The position numbers and the translations under genes are program-made. Positions 57,064 to 64,000 of a DNA stretch of 64,000 bases are shown here, piece by piece. Within the stretch, counting starts at the first letter, position 1. Every line of letters starts with the position of its first letter. A model generated the notes under the pieces. It had not been told where the DNA came from and searched no databases. It saw only the letters and a list, made by a program, of their open reading frames with translations. Source of the DNA: Chloroflexota bacterium (GTDB lineage Bacteria; Chloroflexota; Limnocylindria; Limnocylindrales; CSP1-4). Location: the NCBI GenBank assembly GCA_042408535.1, contig JBHORA010000076.1:624-64623 (forward strand). The letters run 5' to 3'.

Positions 57064-58061
57064 CGATCGAGCTCATCCAGGGGGTCCTGCTCGCCTTCGC
57101 TCTCGTCGTCATCCTCACGCCGCCCTACATCCGGCTCCTGCGCTTCCTCGGCTTCGGCAAGCAGATCCGGATCGAGGGACCCCAGAGCCACCTCGTCAAG
57201 GAAGGGACGCCGACCCTCGGTGGTCTCCTCGTCATCGCGGTCGTCCTCGGCCTCTACCTCCTCCTCGGTCGGGTCGAGGGCGGCATCATCGCCGCTCTCG
57301 CGGCTCTGGCGGGGATCGGGCTTCTGGGCGCCGTCGACGATGTCCTGAACGCTCGTACCGGCGAGGGGATCCGAGCCCGCCAGAAGCTCCTCTGGCAAAC
57401 GGTCTTTGCCCTCTTCTTCGCTTGGCAGATCCGACAGACGTACGGCCTCAGCGGATTCCGCGTTCCCTTCGTCGGCGACGTGACCATCGACCCGACCCTC
57501 TGGGTCCTCTTCGCCGCCTTCGCCATCGTCGCTGCCAGCAATGGGGTGAACATTACCGACGGGCTCGACGGGCTCGCCGGGGGGACGCTCGTCATCGCCT
57601 ACGTCTCCTTCCTCATCATCGCCCTCCTCAACCCGGTCCCCCTGCCCGGCGGTGGGATCGGGAATCAGCCGAGCGTTGCCTTTCTCTGCGCCCTCCTCAT
57701 CGGCGCCCTCCTCGGCTTCCTCTGGTTCAACGTCCACCCGGCCCAGATCTTCATGGGCGACTCGGGCTCGCTCTCGCTCGGAGCGACGCTGGCGGTCATC
57801 GCCATCATCACCGGCCAGCTCCTCGTCCTCCCCCTCATCGGCTTCGTCTTCGTCATCGAAACGGGCTCGGTCATCCTCCAGGTCGGCTACTACAAGCTCA
57901 CCCGCGGCCGTCGTCTCTTCCGGATGAGCCCCCTCCACCACCACTTCGAGCTCGCTGGCTGGGACGAGGAGAAGATCACCCTTCGGTTCTGGATCGTCGC
58001 CGTCCTGGCCGGACTCCTCGGTGTCACCCTCTTTCTCGCCTCCATCGATGCGATCCGCTAG
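57060..58061 (+). CDS. mraY: Phospho-N-acetylmuramoyl-pentapeptide transferase
   Basis: GTG 57060 overlaps the murF stop. KEGTPTLGG, NGVNITDGLDGLA, MGDSGSLSLG, SPLHHHFE. Confidence 0.95.
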   Translation: MTIELIQGVLLAFALVVILTPPYIRLLRFLGFGKQIRIEGPQSHLVKEGTPTLGGLLVIAVVLGLYLLLGRVEGGIIAALAALAGIGLLGAVDDVLNARTGEGIRARQKLLWQTVFALFFAWQIRQTYGLSGFRVPFVGDVTIDPTLWVLFAAFAIVAASNGVNITDGLDGLAGGTLVIAYVSFLIIALLNPVPLPGGGIGNQPSVAFLCALLIGALLGFLWFNVHPAQIFMGDSGSLSLGATLAVIAIITGQLLVLPLIGFVFVIETGSVILQVGYYKLTRGRRLFRMSPLHHHFELAGWDEEKITLRFWIVAVLAGLLGVTLFLASIDAIR

Positions 58062-58077
58062 CGGGGGCGCGAGACCG

Positions 58078-59787
58078 ATGACGGTGCCGACGACGAGCCA
58101 GCGAGGCCGCAGGGGAGAGCCGATCGACCTCGACCGGCTCACCCTCGACGCCGTCCGGGCTGGGGCGCTCGAAGGGCGACCGGTGACCGTCCTCGGCCTG
58201 GCCCGGAGCGGTCTCGCCCTCGCCCGCTTCTTCTCGGCGGCCGGGGCCAGGGTGACGGTCTACGATCGCCGTCCGGCCGACGAGCTCCGGATGGCGATCG
58301 AGGCCATCGCCGACCGGGGGATCCGCTTTTGCCTCGGGCCCGACGTCGATCCAGCGACGACCTGGGCTCGGGCAGCCCTCGTGGCGACTTCGCCCTCCAT
58401 CCAGCCCGACTACCCGACCGCCGAGCCGCGCCTCCGGTCGGCCCTCGGGGACCTCGTCCGCCGACGGGCGGCCGGCGACCCGACGGCCCCGGCCCTCGTC
58501 TCCGAGCTCGACCTCTTCCTCCGCCTCTGCCCGGCGCCGACCGTTGGCGTCACCGGGACGAAGGGCAAGACAACGACGGCCGCCCTCGCCGCTGCCATCC
58601 TCGGCGCCGATCCGAGCCACCGGGTCGTCCTCGGGGGGAACATCGGCCGGCCCCTCGTCGACGAGCTCCACAGCCTCGCTCCCGAGGACCGGGTCGTCGT
58701 CGAGATCTCGGAGCTCCAACTGCCGACCCTCTCGCGGGGGACGACGGTCGCCGTCTACACGAACGTCACCGCCGACCACCTCGACCGTCACGGCACGGTC
58801 GAAGCGTATCGTCGGGTGAAGCAGCGGCTGGCCGAGCTCGTCGATCCGAGGGGTGCCCTCGTCCTCAACGCCGAGGACCCGGTAACGGCCGCCCTCGCCG
58901 GCCTCGGTGGCGCCCCGACCGTCACGTATCGCCGGGGCGTTCCGGTCCCGGGCGGGGTCGGGATCGTCGACGATTGGATCGTGGCCGCCGGGATCGAGCG
59001 GCTCGCCCTCGTCGGCGGTGGCAGGGCGAAGGTCGGACCCGGGGGCCGGATCCTGCCCCTTGGCGAGCTCCGCTTGCCGGGAGCCCACAACGTCTCGAAC
59101 GCTCTCGCCGCCGTCGCCGTCGGCCTCCTCTTCGGACTCGCTCCCGACGCGATCCGGCGGGGGGTGGCCGGCTTTGCCGGGGTCGAGCACCGTCTCGAGG
59201 TCGTCGCCGTCATCGACGGGGTCCGGTTCGTGAACGACTCCCAGGGGACGCAACCCGATGCGGTCATCGCTGCCCTTCGAGCCTTCGAGCCGCCGATCGT
59301 CCTCGTCGCCGGGGGCCGCGACAAGGGCGTCGACCTCGCGCCCCTGGGACCGGTCGTCGCCGAGCGAGCCGTCGCCGCCGTCCTCATCGGCGAGAACGCC
59401 CCGCAGCTGGAGGCAATCTTCCGGGGGGCTGGGCTCCGGCGGGTCGAACGGGCGCCCGACCTCGCTTCGGCCGTCCGCTCGGCCGACGCCATCGCCCGGG
59501 CTGCGCTGGCGGCGCTCGGGGGGGCCCAGGGGGATGGCGGGCTGAGCAAGGCCCAGGTCGTCGGTCGAGAGGCGACGGTCCTCCTCAGCCCGGCGGCGGC
59601 CTCCTTCGACATGTTCGTCGACTACGCCGACCGCGGCCGGGCCTTCAAGGCGGCCGTCGCCGAGATCGCCCGCGAACGGGGCATGCCGGCCGCATCGAGC
59701 CCCGGCGGCGCTGCCGATGCCGGCCGGGGGGTGACGTCGACGCCGGTCGGCCGGCCAGGCTCCGGAGGGGAGGTGCCGGAGCGATGA
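58078..59787 (+). CDS. murD: UDP-N-acetylmuramoylalanine--D-glutamate ligase
   Basis: VLGLARSGLALARFF, GVTGTKGKTTT, GAHNVSNALAA, NDSQGTQPDA. Extended C-terminal tail. Confidence 0.9.
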   Translation: MTVPTTSQRGRRGEPIDLDRLTLDAVRAGALEGRPVTVLGLARSGLALARFFSAAGARVTVYDRRPADELRMAIEAIADRGIRFCLGPDVDPATTWARAALVATSPSIQPDYPTAEPRLRSALGDLVRRRAAGDPTAPALVSELDLFLRLCPAPTVGVTGTKGKTTTAALAAAILGADPSHRVVLGGNIGRPLVDELHSLAPEDRVVVEISELQLPTLSRGTTVAVYTNVTADHLDRHGTVEAYRRVKQRLAELVDPRGALVLNAEDPVTAALAGLGGAPTVTYRRGVPVPGGVGIVDDWIVAAGIERLALVGGGRAKVGPGGRILPLGELRLPGAHNVSNALAAVAVGLLFGLAPDAIRRGVAGFAGVEHRLEVVAVIDGVRFVNDSQGTQPDAVIAALRAFEPPIVLVAGGRDKGVDLAPLGPVVAERAVAAVLIGENAPQLEAIFRGAGLRRVERAPDLASAVRSADAIARAALAALGGAQGDGGLSKAQVVGREATVLLSPAAASFDMFVDYADRGRAFKAAVAEIARERGMPAASSPGGAADAGRGVTSTPVGRPGSGGEVPER

Positions 59788-61064
59788 CAACGACGACCTC
59801 TCGCCTCGGGCACGTCCGCCCCCTCCAGGCGACCCGAACGAGGGTCCTCCGTCGGGAGCGCCACGAGATCGATTCGGCCATCCTCGTCGCGGTCGTCGCC
59901 CTGGCCTCGATCGGGATCCTCATGGTCTACAGCTCCTCGGCGATGAAGGCCTATCTCGCCACCGACGACCCCTTCCGCGTCGTCGGACCGCAGATCGTCT
60001 GGGCCGCCATCGGCCTCGTGGCGATGATCGTCGCCAGTCGGATCGACTACCGGTACCTGCGGCTCGTCTCCGTCCCCCTCTTCGGGGTCGCCGTCCTCCT
60101 CCTCATCCTCGTCCTCTTGCCGCCCCTCGGGCCCCTCCAGCCGACTCGGGTCGGCGGTTCGGCCCGTTGGCTCCAGCTCGGCCCTCTGCCGGCGATCCAC
60201 CCGGCCGAGGTCGCCAAGCTCGCCCTCGTCGTCTACCTCGCCCACTGGCTCGCTCGGCGGGGGGGCGAGGTGCGGGGTCTTCGAAGCGGGCTCCTGCCGT
60301 TCCTCGCTATCGCCGGTCCCGTCGTCGTCCTCGTCCTCCGGGAGCCCGACCTCGGGACGGGGATGGTCATCGGCCTGACGGCTCTCGTCATGCTCTTCGT
60401 CGCCGGGGCGAGCCTCCTCGGGCTCGCCGGCTTCGCCGTCGGGGCGGTCCCGGCCGTCGGCCTCCTCTTCCTCCGCGACTACCAACTCGACCGGATCCGG
60501 GCCTGGCTCGACCCCTGGGCCTATCCGGACACGATCGGCTTCCACACCATCCAGGGGCTCCTCGCCCTCGGTCTCGGAGGGCTCTTCGGAGCCGGCCTCG
60601 GCGAGAGCCGGCTGGCCGGCGGTCTCTTCCTGCCGAACGCAAGCAACGACTTCGTCTTCGCCGTCATCGGCGAGGAGTTTGGCTTCCTCGGCGGCCTCGT
60701 CGTCATCTTCCTGTTCGGCGTCCTCGCCTACCAGGGGATCCGAATCGCCCTCGGCGCCCCGGACACCTTCGGGGCCCTCCTGGCGACGGGGATCACGGCC
60801 TGGCTGACGATCCAGGCCTTCGTGAACATCGGGGTCGTCGTCGCCCTCTTCCCGATCACCGGCATCACCCTCCCCTTCATTTCGGCCGGTGGGTCGTCCC
60901 TCATCGTCAGCTTCACGGCGGTCGGCATCCTCCTGTCGATCAGCCGCGAGACCGTGGAACGAGGTACCTGGAACGATGCGTCTCCTCTTGGCGGGCGGCG
61001 GTACGGGCGGGCACATCTACCCGGCCCTCGCCGTGGCCCGCGCCCTCAGAGCCCGATCGCCTGA
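59784..61064 (+). CDS. ftsW: Peptidoglycan glycosyltransferase FtsW (SEDS family)
   Basis: ATGA overlap with murD. SEDS motifs (PAEVAKLALVVYLA, EPDLGT, NDFVFAVIGEEFG, LPFISAGGSS). The 3' end overlaps murG by 89 nt. Confidence 0.9.
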   Translation: MTTTTSRLGHVRPLQATRTRVLRRERHEIDSAILVAVVALASIGILMVYSSSAMKAYLATDDPFRVVGPQIVWAAIGLVAMIVASRIDYRYLRLVSVPLFGVAVLLLILVLLPPLGPLQPTRVGGSARWLQLGPLPAIHPAEVAKLALVVYLAHWLARRGGEVRGLRSGLLPFLAIAGPVVVLVLREPDLGTGMVIGLTALVMLFVAGASLLGLAGFAVGAVPAVGLLFLRDYQLDRIRAWLDPWAYPDTIGFHTIQGLLALGLGGLFGAGLGESRLAGGLFLPNASNDFVFAVIGEEFGFLGGLVVIFLFGVLAYQGIRIALGAPDTFGALLATGITAWLTIQAFVNIGVVVALFPITGITLPFISAGGSSLIVSFTAVGILLSISRETVERGTWNDASPLGGRRYGRAHLPGPRRGPRPQSPIA

Positions 61065-62127
61065 ACTCGACCTCGTCTGGGTCGGCGGCCACCGGGGCCT
61101 CGAGGCACGCCTCGTCCCGGCGGCCGGGATCCGGCTCCGTCGGCTCCTCCTCCGGTCCCTCCGGACGGTGGAGCGCGATCTCCACCTCGTCCTCGATCCC
61201 CTGAGGCTCCTCGCCTCGCTCCCCCAGGCGGCTGCCCTCCTCCTCGCCGAACGACCGGCGGCGGTCGTCGCCACCGGTGGCTACGCGAGCATCCCCGTCC
61301 TCGTCGCCGCCCGGCTCCTCGGCGTCCCGGCGCTCCTCTGGGAGGGGAACGTCGTCCCCGGGCGGAGTGTCCGGGCGACGGCTCGCCTCGCCCGTGTCGT
61401 CGCCGTCGCCGACCCGGCGACCTGCGGCGCCCTCGCCCGGTCCGACCGCTGCTACGTGACCGGGACGCCGATCCGCGACGTCCGGAGGGTCGATCGCGAC
61501 GCGGCCCGCCGGCGCTTCGAGATCCCGCCCGGTGGGCGGGCCATCCTCGTCTTCGGGGGGTCCCAGGCCGCCCGCCGCTTGAACGAGGCTGTCCTCGCCG
61601 CCCTCCCCGAACTCATCGAGCGGGCCTGGGTCCTGCACGTCACCGGGACCGAGGGGTACGCCGCGGCCCTCGCCGCCCGAGAGCGGCTCCCAGCCGAGCG
61701 GCGCGAGCGCTATCGCCCGTACCCCTTCCTTCACGAGGAGATGACCGACGCCCTCGGCGCTGCCGATCTCCTCGTCGGCCGGGCCGGCGCCTCGACCCTC
61801 GCCGAGGCAGCCGCCTTCGGCCTCCCCGTCGTCATCGTTCCCTATCCCCACGCCGCCGGCCACCAGCTGGCGAACGCAGAACGCGTCGTCGCCGCCGGGG
61901 CCGGACGCCTCATCCGAGACGAGGCGTTCGATGCCGCCGCCCTCCTCGATGCCGCCGCCCTCCTCGAACGGCCGGCCGAGCACGCCCGGATGGCTGCGGC
62001 GGCCCGGAGCCTCGCCCGGCCGGGTGCCGCCGATGCCGTCGCCGAGCTCGTCCTCGCCCTCGCCCTTCGGCGACCGCTGCCCGAGCCGGCGGCCGTTGAG
62101 CGCTTGGCCACGGGCGCCGTCGGCTGA
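60976..62127 (+). CDS. murG: UDP-N-acetylglucosamine--N-acetylmuramyl-(pentapeptide) pyrophosphoryl-undecaprenol GlcNAc transferase
   Basis: MRLLLAGGGTGGHIYPALAVA; GT28 C-terminal region (LVGRAGASTLAEAAAFGLPVVIVPYPHAAGHQLANA). Confidence 0.93.
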   Translation: MRLLLAGGGTGGHIYPALAVARALRARSPELDLVWVGGHRGLEARLVPAAGIRLRRLLLRSLRTVERDLHLVLDPLRLLASLPQAAALLLAERPAAVVATGGYASIPVLVAARLLGVPALLWEGNVVPGRSVRATARLARVVAVADPATCGALARSDRCYVTGTPIRDVRRVDRDAARRRFEIPPGGRAILVFGGSQAARRLNEAVLAALPELIERAWVLHVTGTEGYAAALAARERLPAERRERYRPYPFLHEEMTDALGAADLLVGRAGASTLAEAAAFGLPVVIVPYPHAAGHQLANAERVVAAGAGRLIRDEAFDAAALLDAAALLERPAEHARMAAAARSLARPGAADAVAELVLALALRRPLPEPAAVERLATGAVG

Positions 62128-62175
62128 ACGAGGTGAAGGCCGCGATGGAGGACGCCGAGGTGCCGGACGGGCAGG

Positions 62176-63237
62176 GTGGACGAGATGCCAGCGGTGTTTG
62201 ATCCGGTCGCCGTCGCCACCGACATCGGCCGCCGGCTCGGGGTCAAGGTCGTCCGGAACCAGCCCCTCGCCCGTCTGACGACCCTCCGGGTCGGCGGGCC
62301 CGCCGACCTCTACGCCGTCGCCCGGAACGCCTTCGAGCTCCGGGCCCTCGTCCGCTACGCCCGGAGCCGGGACATCCCCCACGTCCTCCTCGGTCGGGGG
62401 AGCAACGTCGTCGTTGCCGACGCCGGCATCCGAGGCCTCGTCATCGCCGTCCGGGCCGAGGGGAGCCGGATCGAGGGGGAGCGCTACGTCGCCGAGGCCG
62501 GCGTCCCCATGGCCCGAGCCGCGACCGAGACGAGTGGCGCCGGTCTCGCCGGGCTCGAGTTCGGCCTCGCCATCCCGGGCACCGTCGGCGGGGCCGTCTG
62601 GGCGAACGCCGGCGCCCACGGCAGCGACGTCGCCGCCGTCCTCGAGTCGGCGACGATCCTCGCCGCCGACGGGCGGGAGCTCCGCCTGGGACCCTCGGAG
62701 CTCGGCCTTGCCTACCGGACGAGCCGTCTCAAGATCCCCCCCGGCGTTGCCGACGTCACCCCGCCGGGACGGGCCGCGGCGCCGACGGAGGTCGTCCTCG
62801 CCGCCGCCTTCCGCCTCCGCCCGGACGACCCAGCCGCCATCCGGGCCCGCCTCGACGACATCCGCCGCTGGCGGCGGGAGCACCAGCCCCTCGGGCTTCC
62901 GTCGGCCGGGAGCGTCTTCCGGAACCCGCCGGGCGATGCCGCCGGGCGCCTCGGCGAAGCCGCCGGCTGCAAGGGCTGGCAGGTCGGCGGGGCGAGGGTC
63001 TCGGAGCGCCACGCGAACTTCATCGTCACCGACGGCCGGGCCCGGGCGGCCGACGTCCGCCGCCTCGCCGAGCGGGTCCGAGCAGCCGTCGCCGACCGCT
63101 TCGGGATCCGGCTCGAGTACGAGGTCGTCTTCCTCGGCGACTGGCCGGCCGGCCACGAGCCCGACGGCCAGGGCGAGAGCCCCGGGGACCCGCCACCGAG
63201 CCCCCTCCCGAAGCGCCCATCGGAGGTCGATCGATGA
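62176..63237 (+). CDS. murB: UDP-N-acetylenolpyruvoylglucosamine reductase
   Basis: LARLTTLRVGGPADLY, LLGRGSNVVV, GLEFGLAIPGTVGGAVWANAGAHG, GSVFRNP. ATG 62185 is an alternative start. Confidence 0.92.
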   Translation: MDEMPAVFDPVAVATDIGRRLGVKVVRNQPLARLTTLRVGGPADLYAVARNAFELRALVRYARSRDIPHVLLGRGSNVVVADAGIRGLVIAVRAEGSRIEGERYVAEAGVPMARAATETSGAGLAGLEFGLAIPGTVGGAVWANAGAHGSDVAAVLESATILAADGRELRLGPSELGLAYRTSRLKIPPGVADVTPPGRAAAPTEVVLAAAFRLRPDDPAAIRARLDDIRRWRREHQPLGLPSAGSVFRNPPGDAAGRLGEAAGCKGWQVGGARVSERHANFIVTDGRARAADVRRLAERVRAAVADRFGIRLEYEVVFLGDWPAGHEPDGQGESPGDPPPSPLPKRPSEVDR

Positions 63238-64000
63238 CCCCTCCGCCTGCAGCCGCGAACGGCCGTCCGGACAGTGACCCCGTCGCCGTCGTCTTCGGCG
63301 GGCCGTCGGCCGAGCACGACGTCTCCATCGTCTCCGGCCTCGCCATCGCCCGGGCCCTCGCCGAGGGAGGCCGGCCGGTGGAACTCGTCCTCGTCGACCT
63401 CGACCGCCGCTGGTGGTGGATCCCGACCGACGTGATCGCGGGGCCGCCCGACCCGGCCCGCTACGACGAGCCCGCCGGACTCGGGGCCGAGGGACCGTTC
63501 ACCGCCGGGGCGGCCCTCGACCGGCTCGTTGGACGAACGCCGCCGCCGGTGGTCTTCGTCGCCCTCCACGGTCCCTTCGGCGAGGACGGGACGATCCAGG
63601 GTCTCCTCGAGGCCGCGGATCTCGCCTACACGGGCTCCGGTGTCGGCGCCTCGGCGATCGGCATGGACAAGGCCCTCTTCAAGCGCCTCGTGCGAGGAGC
63701 CGGTCTGCCCGTCGTCGACTGGCTCGAGATCTCCCGCCGCCGCTGGCTCGCCGAGCCGACGGCCGTCCTCGCCGAGCTCGAGGACTTCGCCGCCGCCCAC
63801 GGCGAGCCCCGCCTCATGGTCAAGCCCGCCGCCCTCGGGAGCTCGGTCGGGATGACCCTCGCCCACGGTCCGGCCGAGCGGGGCCCCGCCCTCGAGGTCG
63901 CCTTCCGCTTCGACGAGCGAGCCATCGTTGAGCGCTACCTGGCCGGCGCCCGGGAGCTCGAGGTCGCCGTCATCGGCAACGAGCCGAGCCGCCTCGAGGC
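63234..64000 (+). CDS. ddl: D-alanine--D-alanine ligase (3' end beyond window)
   Basis: Not in the ORF track because it has no stop inside the window. ATGA overlap with murB. VAVVFGGPSAEHDVSIVSG, FVALHGPFGEDGTIQGLLE, MDKALFK, VKPAALGSSVG. Confidence 0.9.
   Translation, partial: MTPPPAAANGRPDSDPVAVVFGGPSAEHDVSIVSGLAIARALAEGGRPVELVLVDLDRRWWWIPTDVIAGPPDPARYDEPAGLGAEGPFTAGAALDRLVGRTPPPVVFVALHGPFGEDGTIQGLLEAADLAYTGSGVGASAIGMDKALFKRLVRGAGLPVVDWLEISRRRWLAEPTAVLAELEDFAAAHGEPRLMVKPAALGSSVGMTLAHGPAERGPALEVAFRFDERAIVERYLAGARELEVAVIGNEPSRLE

Overview
Very GC-rich, gene-dense chromosomal segment that looks Actinomycetota-like (inference from gene content and codon style only). Almost everything is housekeeping, and genes are often joined by 4-nt ATGA/GTGA overlaps. 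In order: a peptidoglycan group (GH3 NagZ-like, FemAB-family, murJ, class A PBP with a PASTA tail); a TetR gene coupled to a menaquinone operon (menF-menD-menB-menA / menC-menE); mscL; an orphan hybrid histidine kinase; an F420-type LLM oxidoreductase; a mercury-resistance module (HMA protein + merA, ArsR-type regulator + small CC-motif membrane protein); a ROK kinase; LiaF-like membrane proteins; plsC-like and UbiA-like genes; parB-parA; a propionate/methylmalonyl block (carboxyltransferase, biotin carboxylase, separate BCCP protein, methylmalonyl-CoA mutase catalytic chain, epimerase); an amino-acid ABC transporter; sucCD; sdhCDAB; RNase H; RNase P RNA; and a dcw cluster (mraZ-rsmH-ftsL-ftsI-murF-mraY-murD-ftsW-murG-murB-ddl). 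Many long ORFs in the track are stop-poor antisense or 5'-extended artefacts. The most unusual element is a 377-bp array between menA and menC: eight copies of a 23-bp motif, four direct then four inverted, in an exact 51-bp register. It fills the only real gap in an otherwise overlap-coupled operon. Other leads: a 21-nt near-palindromic motif present three times around parAB and the carboxylase genes; a DnaA-box pair upstream of parA; a start-less coding-like stretch in frame behind the sucD stop codon; a MenE-alpha/beta-hydrolase fusion; and many short in-frame tandem duplications.
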